From contig JAGOQQ010000006.1 in the NCBI GenBank assembly GCA_017991395.1, positions 66 through 64,065 of the forward strand: DNA of 64,000 bases. The letters are read 5' to 3'. Positions 47,656 through 55,292 of this stretch are shown piece after piece. Position 1 is the first letter of the stretch. Each line of letters opens with the position of its first letter. The position numbers and the translations under genes were made by a program. The DNA comes from Minisyncoccota bacterium (lineage in GTDB: Bacteria > Patescibacteriota > Minisyncoccia > Phycocordibacterales > UBA9973). Under the pieces are notes generated by a model that was not told the origin of the DNA, did no database searches, and saw only the letters and a program-made list of their open reading frames with translations.

Positions 47656-48369
47656 TTATTCAAATAATCCACTGGCAATGACCAATACGTAGAAAATTGC
47701 AGGCGCAACAACGAACCAGAATATACCCCGACCATTCTGCACATGCATGACTTTTTTCACACCCTGATAACTAATATAAATTGAGTAGATGATTGCCAAG
47801 AGAGAAAGAATTCCAAAGATAACATCCACACTGGATGCTTCTGAATAATAGAAATAAAAATAATCACTGCCGTAAGCAATGTGATTAAGGAGTAGAGAAC
47901 CAATAGCTGTCACTGAAATTGGGAGAGAAGAAAAAGTATAGATATTTCGGGCTGTGTCGATAGTGCCAGATCCTTTTGACCATCCAACTCGAACATGATA
48001 GAACCAACCACCGATGTAATAAGCAATTGCTCCAGATAAGATACCTCCAAATAGAGCAATCGCCCAAACTTCACCCCAACTAGAGGATTCAGAGCTAGTA
48101 AATCGATCCGCTGCACTTCCAATACCGAGAATCCAAATCGCCAAAAGTAGGTATTTTGGATTAGACGTAACCAGATGTTTCTGTGCGAATTCGCTAAAGT
48201 TTGTAAAGCAGTCTTTAAAATACTCAAAGAATTTAACTCTATCTGAACGAGGAACAGGCATATGCTTTGGGGTTACGATTGGAATACTAGTTTGCTCCCC
48301 AGCTTTTTGTGGACTTTTGTCTAAGAAATCAAAATTTAAAGATTTTTTCTCGTTCATATATTTATCCAA
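47656..48369 (-). CDS. Polytopic membrane protein (5 predicted TMs) with N-terminal SLNFDFLDKS motif
   Basis: Hydrophobicity pattern; the N-terminal motif resembles that of the neighbouring 46781-47650 protein. Confidence 0.45.
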   Translation of the reverse strand: MDKYMNEKKSLNFDFLDKSPQKAGEQTSIPIVTPKHMPVPRSDRVKFFEYFKDCFTNFSEFAQKHLVTSNPKYLLLAIWILGIGSAADRFTSSESSSWGEVWAIALFGGILSGAIAYYIGGWFYHVRVGWSKGSGTIDTARNIYTFSSLPISVTAIGSLLLNHIAYGSDYFYFYYSEASSVDVIFGILSLLAIIYSIYISYQGVKKVMHVQNGRGIFWFVVAPAIFYVLVIASGLFE

Positions 48370-49957
48370 AGATTGCTCCTAAAACAATTATAATAATGAT
48401 CCGTACAACCCAGCCGATTACACTCGACCTTGTGTTCTCTGCTTTTTTATTTTTGATCACTTCACCAAGCCCTACGTAATAGTAGGAATTGAGAAGGATC
48501 TTAATTGCCATCTGCTCCCAGCGTTCATCGAATGCCTCATCGATTTTCTTCAACATCTTATTTTGAACCTCATCCACTTCACTTGCATTATCCGCAGTAA
48601 GAACCTTAACGTTGTTTTTAATCAAATCTAGCCAGGAGTCGATTACGCTCTTGTCTACATCATAAATTTCAATGTGTTCATACACAATCGATGCTGATTT
48701 TTGAAGTCCAGGTCGAGCCTCGTCGTATTTATCAGCTTCAAATAGCTTCTTCGCCTCAACGAACTCGACCACAGCATACATCGTAACAGCTTCCTTTTTC
48801 TTGCTATCCATCGCATTTTTAAATTCTGAATCTTTGCTCTCAGCCTTCTTTTGGTCTATCAGTGCTATCGCTTCTTGGAACTTCTTCTCATTCATGAGTT
48901 CCATGATTGGAGCTGTTGCACTCAAAAACTTTTTATTTTCTTCAAATTGGTCGAGATCCTGCTTAAGCTTGTTTTCCATCCCAGATGTACCAACAAACTG
49001 CATGGCAATCTTTAGAAGTTGCTCAGCTTTGGGCATATCGTCCAAATTATTGTGGATATCAAGAACAACAGAACGTATCGCACCCGCCGCTCGGTCACGT
49101 ATCGTTTTTGATTGACTGTCATCATATAGACCCAGATCGATCAGCTTGTTGCAACAATCTTGGATTTTTCCGATATGTTCTTTGATATCTGAAGCTTCTT
49201 GTGCATCAAGGTCACCATCCTCTGAAACCTTCATTGCCTCGAGCTTCTCGACTGCTTCTGTAATCTCCTGAAATATAGGAGCCATTACAACTTTCTCAGT
49301 CTTTTCTCCACGAAGATCAAATACTTTAGTAAATTCAGCTATGTAACTTCCATCCTCTCGAGAATGGCTAATCTCTGTATAAAGATCAGATAGAAATGAG
49401 GGCACCTGTTTATGAAAATCAGAGATGACTTCTTGATCGGTATCAAGCTCATCGTTATGTTTATATACTTTTGTGAAAGCTGTCCAGAATTTTGATGAGT
49501 TAGTAAGCTCATGCCAGATTTTTAAAGACTCTTTTAGATATCGCTTATTGTCTTCTTTGAAAAGTAGGATGCAATACAAAAGCGCTAGATTCTTTTTATA
49601 AAACATCGCCTTTGTAGTATCACTTTCGGAATTATGTTCCCAAACCCTTATAGCTCCTTCTGGATCTTTCTTACGAAGAATACCAACCGCCTGTTCGTCT
49701 ATGTCATCAGAAATATGAAACCAGAAGAAATAATCCTTAATCTGCTTCTTTGGTGAAGAGAGTTTTTGAACAGCGTCCTTTATCGCACCTTCCGTTCGAA
49801 AGTTATCGAACACGCACATATCTAGGTCGTATTCTGGAGTATCATCAATTTGGAGAAACTTTACAATTTCCTTTGCCCGTTTCTGCGTATCTCGTTGTGA
49901 GGCCGACGTGTCGAGACCGAGAATGTGATATGCATTATTTTTTAGTAGGTTTGACAT
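48362..49957 (-). CDS. Tail-anchored protein with degenerate J-like N-terminus (no HPD) and a large helical domain
   Basis: NAYHILGLDTSASQRDTQKRAKEI resembles J-domain helices I-II, but the HPD tripeptide is absent. C-terminal TM VVRIIIIIVLGAIFG; 531 aa. Confidence 0.45.
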   Translation of the reverse strand: MSNLLKNNAYHILGLDTSASQRDTQKRAKEIVKFLQIDDTPEYDLDMCVFDNFRTEGAIKDAVQKLSSPKKQIKDYFFWFHISDDIDEQAVGILRKKDPEGAIRVWEHNSESDTTKAMFYKKNLALLYCILLFKEDNKRYLKESLKIWHELTNSSKFWTAFTKVYKHNDELDTDQEVISDFHKQVPSFLSDLYTEISHSREDGSYIAEFTKVFDLRGEKTEKVVMAPIFQEITEAVEKLEAMKVSEDGDLDAQEASDIKEHIGKIQDCCNKLIDLGLYDDSQSKTIRDRAAGAIRSVVLDIHNNLDDMPKAEQLLKIAMQFVGTSGMENKLKQDLDQFEENKKFLSATAPIMELMNEKKFQEAIALIDQKKAESKDSEFKNAMDSKKKEAVTMYAVVEFVEAKKLFEADKYDEARPGLQKSASIVYEHIEIYDVDKSVIDSWLDLIKNNVKVLTADNASEVDEVQNKMLKKIDEAFDERWEQMAIKILLNSYYYVGLGEVIKNKKAENTRSSVIGWVVRIIIIIVLGAIFG

Positions 49958-49960
49958 AAA

Positions 49961-52474
49961 TTATTTAGTAATACCAGACATGTTACCTTGTATCATTTTC
50001 TGCTCGCTCGGTGGAAGAAGGAGCATCAGGTTGTGTACCGACCTTTTAAGTTCTTCAACATCGCCAAGCTCAAGGGCACGCTGTCCTTTATTCATGTAGT
50101 ATTCAGCCTCTTTCGGACTTGTCCAAGTATGACTTGTTTCCTTTATCTTATTGAACATATAGACCCATGATGCAGGATTTGAGAAAAGTGCCTTGTGATT
50201 GAGTTCTTGAAGCTGTTCCAATGAACGGCTGAGCATTACCTTATCCTCTTTACCAATAGCTAGATCAGCTTCATCCTTGATCACACGTAACTGGTCTTCG
50301 TACATTGTTTTTTCTGTCTGTTCACTCCATTCACTAATAATTCCTTCTACACTTTTTACCTTCTCTTCGTATTCTGATTTAAGCTGTGGAAACTCTTTCA
50401 TCTTTTCGAGACCATCAAGCCGGATTTTAAGATCTTTAAGTTGCTTATCAGCCTTTCGTTTTTCATCCTCATCCACTTTTGCAGTTGATAGACTTCCTTC
50501 AAGAGATTGCACTAGATTCTGAATTTTACCTTTCTCTTCTGGAGTACATGATTGCTCGACTTTTTTCGCGCGCTCGCTCTGCTCCTTGAGCTGTGTCTCC
50601 ATTTCTTCGACACTCAAATTTTCTGCATGGATTGTCGCACGTGCACTAAATGTGAGATCAATCGACGGAATAAACGCCTCTGCCCTAACTTCACGAGATT
50701 CGTTCACCTCGATTGTAAGTGCAATTTCTGTACCTTCTGGTAGATCATATGGGAGTTTTTCTCCTGTCACTTTGAGGTCACAAATGAATTGATTCTGATC
50801 TGGCACAGCTGATTCACCTTCACGGATTTTGATTGGGAGCGCGTTCTCCTTTTCACCCTTGGCAAGCGGTTTAAGTGTCTTATATGTATGTGTAGCTTTG
50901 AGGGGAAGAATACTATTTTTCTCAAAAATCACTTCAAACTCCTCGGTCATAGCAAAGCTAGCACCACTGAATCCACGCTTTACAACTCCCACTCCTATGG
51001 AGTGTGGTATCGGTGCACCAGATACTGAAAGACCGTGCGTTATAGAGAACGCCTCTGGTTCGGTTTTGATCGGGTTCCCTTCTGCGTCAAACATATAAAT
51101 CCAAAAGAGAGTAGTTTTGTTTTTATCGAGATTTACAGTTTCAATAAATTTACCGTTCTTGAGTTTAATTTTCTTTCCGCTAAAGAGTCCTCCTTCGCTC
51201 TGTATTTGAATAAAGTATTCTTCTTCTGTATCCTTAAGCTCTTCTACGACTCCGGTTATAGTCTCTTCGGTTTCAGAAGTTAGTGATTCATAGTTGAGAC
51301 GCAAGGTTTTAATTGAGGAATCAGTTAACTTTTTTGACTCAAGAAATTCCTTTGGAATCTTCTGACTCACGGCATAGATACATGCACCACGCGCAACAAC
51401 TGTTAATGGATCAGACGAAGTGTCTACTTCTATCTTCAAGTCTTTTTCCAAACGATCTTTTACGTACGGAATCATAGTAGGTCCGCCAACAAGTACAATC
51501 CTTGAGATGGATGATTGCTTCACTCCAGCCTCCTTAATGGTCTCCTTACTCAATTCAACAGTTTTATCGACAAACGGTTTAATCAGCTTTTCGAAATCTT
51601 TACGGGTAAAAGGTATAGTAAGATATATTTCCTTGCCATTGTCATCATCACCAATCTTTTCAACCTCGATAATTATTTCATCAGTTTGAGAAAGTGAAAT
51701 CTTTGCCGTCTCTGCATAGTATTTTAGCTTTGCAAACACACTACGATATTTTTTACTACTACGAGTAAAGTCTTCGATTTCATACTTTTCTAGAATAGCT
51801 GGTACGATGACCTTATCCACAACAGTCCAATCGAAATCTTTACCACCAAGAAAGTTGTCTCCATTATGTCCTAGTACAGAAAGTGCACCGTCTTTTGACG
51901 AAATGAGGGCCACATCAAACGTACCACCTCCTAAGTCATACACGAGCCAGTTTTCATTCTGAGAATTCATAAAACCGTAAGCTATCGCCGCCGCTATCGG
52001 TTCTTGTATCAAAACCACATGCTTGAAACCTGCGACATTACCCGCACGCTTAGTGGCTTCCGCCTGAAGGGTTGAGAAATATGCAGGTATTGTAATAACG
52101 ACACCAGTAGTTGGTGTGCCAGGATATTTCCGCAAAACATCCTCCTTGAGACTCTTTAAAATCTCCCCGGAGATTTCTTCTGGGGACATATCTTCGCCAA
52201 GGCGATCGAAATGAACAGTGTCCGAAGTTCCCATCAAGCGCTTTACCTCTGCCTTGTTATTTGAAAATTCTTCTTCCGATGCGTCCTTATAGAGACGCTC
52301 ATAAGATCGTTTACCAACGATCTTGTTTTTTGCTTTGTCTACGCCAAAAACCGATGGTGTGTACTCGTCATTAAAAATATTTTTAACAACCTCCACATGG
52401 TCTTTATTGTTTGCTGCAACTTCGGAATTTGTTGTTCCTAAGTCGATGCCAATCTGTATGTTTTGGTTGTTCAT
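49961..52474 (-). CDS. Atypical Hsp70-family ATPase (837 aa): canonical NBD, ~100-aa insertion, SBD-beta-like domain, extended helical/coiled-coil C-terminus
   Basis: Phosphate-1 IGIDLGTTNSEVA, phosphate-2 VYDLGGGTFDVALIS and adenosine IVLVGGPTMIPYV motifs. The SBD-beta-like segment (IPHSIGVGVV...ILPLKATHTYKT...EIALTIEVNESREVRAEAF) follows an insertion after ARGACIYAVSQ. There is no EEVD tail. Confidence 0.8.
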   Translation of the reverse strand: MNNQNIQIGIDLGTTNSEVAANNKDHVEVVKNIFNDEYTPSVFGVDKAKNKIVGKRSYERLYKDASEEEFSNNKAEVKRLMGTSDTVHFDRLGEDMSPEEISGEILKSLKEDVLRKYPGTPTTGVVITIPAYFSTLQAEATKRAGNVAGFKHVVLIQEPIAAAIAYGFMNSQNENWLVYDLGGGTFDVALISSKDGALSVLGHNGDNFLGGKDFDWTVVDKVIVPAILEKYEIEDFTRSSKKYRSVFAKLKYYAETAKISLSQTDEIIIEVEKIGDDDNGKEIYLTIPFTRKDFEKLIKPFVDKTVELSKETIKEAGVKQSSISRIVLVGGPTMIPYVKDRLEKDLKIEVDTSSDPLTVVARGACIYAVSQKIPKEFLESKKLTDSSIKTLRLNYESLTSETEETITGVVEELKDTEEEYFIQIQSEGGLFSGKKIKLKNGKFIETVNLDKNKTTLFWIYMFDAEGNPIKTEPEAFSITHGLSVSGAPIPHSIGVGVVKRGFSGASFAMTEEFEVIFEKNSILPLKATHTYKTLKPLAKGEKENALPIKIREGESAVPDQNQFICDLKVTGEKLPYDLPEGTEIALTIEVNESREVRAEAFIPSIDLTFSARATIHAENLSVEEMETQLKEQSERAKKVEQSCTPEEKGKIQNLVQSLEGSLSTAKVDEDEKRKADKQLKDLKIRLDGLEKMKEFPQLKSEYEEKVKSVEGIISEWSEQTEKTMYEDQLRVIKDEADLAIGKEDKVMLSRSLEQLQELNHKALFSNPASWVYMFNKIKETSHTWTSPKEAEYYMNKGQRALELGDVEELKRSVHNLMLLLPPSEQKMIQGNMSGITK

Positions 52475-52486
52475 AAAATATATTTC

Positions 52487-53008
52487 TTAGTTACTTAATA
52501 ATATAATCTTGGCCTTTTTTACGACCTGACCTTTAACCAAAATCGTTGGCTCAACAGTTTCCTTTACCATAGGCATTGTCACAGCAGTGTCTTTCTCCAC
52601 CGAGAGAACATCAAGATTCAATCCGTCATTGAATTTCTGATTGGTATAATCAACAATCTCAATGTCATAATTAGAGATATACCGTCTAAACTTGAGAACG
52701 GAATTCTCTAGACCTTTTCGTTGGTTTTCTTGAAGACTGTCGGCAATTTTTAATAATCGTTGTTCAACGCGCCATACTTCTGTTGCGAGTTCAACAAGCT
52801 CAGTAACACTTGTTGAAAGATTTATAGACTTGGGAGCTACTGCATATTTAATTTCATCGCTAATCTTTTTGTAAAGTTCATCAAATTTATCTGAACCTTC
52901 TGTACTCTTACCTGATTTACGGCTAAGTACATAGAGAAATGCAAAAAGAAAAAAGATCGCAATTACGAGGACGAGTATAAATATTGGATTTAAAAATATG
53001 GTATTCAT
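52487..53008 (-). CDS. Membrane-anchored GrpE-like protein
   Basis: N-terminal TM (ILVLVIAIFFLFAFLYVL), helical segment ELATEVWRVEQRLLKIADSLQEN (cf. GrpE ...LLPVIDSLERAL) and a C-terminal beta-domain-like DIEIVDYTNQKFNDGLNLDVLSVE...VKGQVVKKAKIIL. Weaker than a canonical GrpE match. Confidence 0.45.
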   Translation of the reverse strand: MNTIFLNPIFILVLVIAIFFLFAFLYVLSRKSGKSTEGSDKFDELYKKISDEIKYAVAPKSINLSTSVTELVELATEVWRVEQRLLKIADSLQENQRKGLENSVLKFRRYISNYDIEIVDYTNQKFNDGLNLDVLSVEKDTAVTMPMVKETVEPTILVKGQVVKKAKIILLSN

Positions 53009-53009
53009 T

Positions 53010-53282
53010 TTATTTCATCAACTCGTCAGTAGGAACATCTACCACTTTAGCTAATTTAGCAATGGTTGCGAGAGTGGTATTTGTCTTACCATTCTCAATA
53101 TTACTTATGAAGCTTCGACTAACCTCAAGTTCCCGAGCAATATCACCCTGAGAGATATTCTTTGCTATTCGGATATGCTTAAGGTTATTACCTAATTTTT
53201 CTGAATCACTTTTCATGATCTCACTATACGCTCTGTTATAGTTTAACACAACAGTATCGTATAGTGTACTACTGTCTATCAA
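53010..53282 (-). CDS. XRE-family helix-turn-helix transcriptional regulator
   Basis: HTH_XRE pattern LKHIRIAKNISQGDIARELEVSRSFISNIENGK; first gene of the co-directional block. Confidence 0.8.
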   Translation of the reverse strand: MIDSSTLYDTVVLNYNRAYSEIMKSDSEKLGNNLKHIRIAKNISQGDIARELEVSRSFISNIENGKTNTTLATIAKLAKVVDVPTDELMK

Positions 53283-53299
53283 TCAATATAGACACGAAC

Positions 53300-53328
53300 A
53301 AAAACGCACCCAATCGGGTGCGTTTTTG
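53300..53328 (-). terminator. Hairpin terminator between tRNA-Gln and the XRE gene (aaaacgcaccc aatc gggtgcgtttt)
   Basis: 10-bp stem with T/A runs on both sides; it could end the tRNA-Gln transcript. Confidence 0.55.
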
Positions 53329-53388
53329 TTCTGGATACTGCTCTCAGCAGGTATGCAATTTCAGTATGGATTTTCCTGATTAGTTCTA

Positions 53389-53417
53389 TCTTTGAGCTAG
53401 CTCAACTTTGCTGGGGT
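53389..53417. repeat. Block TCTTTGAGCTAG..TTTGCTGGGGT at the tRNA-Gln 3' end (partner of 44628-44656)
   Basis: See 44596-44656; TTGCTGGGGT forms the acceptor 3' strand plus flank of tRNA-Gln. Confidence 0.55.
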
Positions 53418-53481
53418 ACATGGATTCGAACCACGATTAAAGGCTTCAAAGGCCTCTGTCCTACCATTAGACGATACCCCA
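53411..53481 (-). tRNA. tRNA-Gln (anticodon TTG)
   Basis: The reverse complement gives TGGGGTATCGTCTAATGGTAGGACAGAGGCCTTTGAAGCCTTTAATCGTGGTTCGAATCCATGTACCCCAG. U1-A72 acceptor pair, anticodon loop CTTTGAA. Closely resembles E. coli tRNA-Gln. CCA is not encoded. Confidence 0.85.
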
Positions 53482-53532
53482 ATAAACACGAGAAAACTAT
53501 AGCAAATATTTAGGAATTTTTCCAGTCATAAA

Positions 53533-53557
53533 CAAAAGCCTGAGGATACGGGCTTTT
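53533..53557. repeat. Hairpin ACAAAAGCCTGAGGATACGGGCTTTT, directly repeated (25/26 nt) at 54086-54110; the two copies flank the transglutaminase-like gene
   Basis: Both copies are terminator-like hairpins (AAAGCC..GGCTTT). One lies 25 nt upstream of the start and one immediately after the stop of the 53583-54086 gene. Confidence 0.6.
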
Positions 53558-53582
53558 GTTTTCTTTTGTTATAATTACAATT

Positions 53583-54086
53583 ATGGAAAAAACACCTTTA
53601 GAAAATGATTCTATCGTAACACTCAACGACGCAATCAGGTCACTTCAAAATAAAAACCTTGAGATGTATGATGCGGTCAACGAAACACGAAATCTTATTT
53701 ATTCTCACCGTCAATCACTCGGGCACACTGTTCAACCAAAATCGATCATGGAATCACGCTTCATGCCAGCCAAAGAAGCATTTGAAAAAGGAATGGCAAG
53801 CTGTGGTGTAACTGCAAATATCTCAGCAACGATTCTTCGAGAACTCGGGTTTCAAGTAAAATTGATTCATGGTGAATCAGAGGATTCTGTTGATCACGCA
53901 TGGATTGCTGTACTCAACAAAGACACAAACGAGTGGGACCAATTTGATCTGACACGAGAAGACCTCAGTATTCCAGAAACTCACAAAGTAAAAGAAATGG
54001 TTTACTCATTCGAAGATATCAGAGAACAAATTGAAAACGACCACAAAACTCTTCGTCAAAGAAGAAAAGAAAGAGGTTTTGAATAA
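53583..54086 (+). CDS. Transglutaminase-like (papain-fold Cys-His-Asp) protein
   Basis: GMASCGVTANISATILRELGF (Cys), DHAWIAV (His) and WDQFDLT (Asp) in the order and spacing of transglutaminase-like domains. Start set at ATG 53583; the track uses an upstream alternative start. Confidence 0.5.
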   Translation: MEKTPLENDSIVTLNDAIRSLQNKNLEMYDAVNETRNLIYSHRQSLGHTVQPKSIMESRFMPAKEAFEKGMASCGVTANISATILRELGFQVKLIHGESEDSVDHAWIAVLNKDTNEWDQFDLTREDLSIPETHKVKEMVYSFEDIREQIENDHKTLRQRRKERGFE

Positions 54087-54110
54087 CAAAAGCCCGAGGA
54101 TACGGGCTTT
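54086..54110. terminator. Bidirectional hairpin terminator (second copy of the 53533 hairpin) between the transglutaminase-like gene and dnaX
   Basis: aaagcccg aggata cgggcttt. Confidence 0.6.
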
Positions 54111-54111
54111 A

Positions 54112-55149
54112 CTATTCTTCCCTGCTCGAAATCTTGAGTGCGAGGATTTCGAGTGGGAGCGTGGGGATGAATGCATCAGAAAATTCTTCATACACACGAA
54201 GCATTGTGACGAGAGTTTTTGAGGCGAGAATTCCCTCTTTCTCTTTTGCGATTCCTTCGAGAAAGATTTTGTCACTTTCAGACAGCACACTTTCGATTTC
54301 CTTTTTCATTGTTGGTGCAAATCGTACGAGAAGACCTTGGCGAAATGTATGCATTACGAGTTTCAAAAAAAGCTTCATATCTACTTGTGCATCGTGTGCT
54401 TTGTGAACTACTTTCAAACATTTTTCTGCATCACGAAGTACCAATCCTTGGATATATTCATTGACCAACGTAGATTTAGGCGCTCCTGTTACTTTTTCGA
54501 TTTCATCCGCAGAAATTTTCTTGTCCGTCGAATAATTGAGTACTTTTTGCAAAATTCCAAGCGTATCGCGAAATGATCCATCGCCAGCGATAGCAATTAT
54601 TTCCGCACCCATTGGCTCAAGCACTATTCCCTCCTTCTTTGCAATATCAATCACCACATCTTTTAAAATATGTTCTGATGGTTTTTTGAATGTAAACACC
54701 TGACAGCGTGAGACGATAGTTTCTGGAAGTTTTTCTGGGTCGGTGGTCGCGAGTATAAAAATCACATGCTTTGGTGGTTCTTCGAGAGTTTTGAGAAATG
54801 CATTTGCGGCAGATTTTGAAAGCATGTGCACTTCGTCGAGAATATATACTTTGAATTTTGAAGAGAAAGGAAGTGAGTGTACACCTTCGGTGAGTTCGCG
54901 AATATCGTCAACGCCATTGTTTGACGCGGCGTCGAGTTCATAAATATCTTCTGGTGCACATCCGAGATTGCGTGAAAAAATTCTCGCCACAGAAGTCTTA
55001 CCAGTACCACGTGTACCTACAAAAAGGTACGCGTGTCCTACTGCACCTTTTTTCAGTGCCCCTTCAAGTACGGAAACAACATGGTCTTGCCCGACCACTT
55101 CTTTGAAATCCTTTGGTCTGTATTTTCGATAAAGTGAAAGCTCTGACAT
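54112..55149 (-). CDS. dnaX: DNA polymerase III subunit gamma/tau (short form)
   Basis: YRPKDFKEVVGQ..., Walker A GTRGTGKTS, ...ILDEVHML; start set at MSELSLYRKYRP. Confidence 0.8.
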   Translation of the reverse strand: MSELSLYRKYRPKDFKEVVGQDHVVSVLEGALKKGAVGHAYLFVGTRGTGKTSVARIFSRNLGCAPEDIYELDAASNNGVDDIRELTEGVHSLPFSSKFKVYILDEVHMLSKSAANAFLKTLEEPPKHVIFILATTDPEKLPETIVSRCQVFTFKKPSEHILKDVVIDIAKKEGIVLEPMGAEIIAIAGDGSFRDTLGILQKVLNYSTDKKISADEIEKVTGAPKSTLVNEYIQGLVLRDAEKCLKVVHKAHDAQVDMKLFLKLVMHTFRQGLLVRFAPTMKKEIESVLSESDKIFLEGIAKEKEGILASKTLVTMLRVYEEFSDAFIPTLPLEILALKISSREE

Positions 55150-55292
55150 AAAATAGTATGAGTATAAGAAGTTAGTATAAGTGGGGGAAAAGTATAAGTT
55201 GTTAGTATAAGCACAATACAAGAATCAATACGAAAAAAATACTAACTTTAGTTAGTATATCACAGTGAACTTATAGGAAAATGAGGAATTCA

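Larger units (their letters stand above)
44628..53481 (-). mobile_element. Candidate tRNA-Gln-associated genomic island (~8.8 kb, 9 co-directional genes) carrying an atypical Hsp70/GrpE-like/J-like/AAA-ATPase module; no integrase present
   Basis: Bounded on one side by the tRNA-Gln 3' end (53411) and on the other by a partial copy of the tRNA 3' end plus a shared 11-mer (44628-44656). All genes in between are on the minus strand and start with an XRE regulator. Confidence 0.4.

Noticed and set aside
44628-53481. Calling the tRNA-Gln-adjacent block an active integrative element or prophage
   Set aside because: No integrase, excisionase, phage structural gene or transposase is detectable. Only an island remnant is proposed, not an active mobile element.
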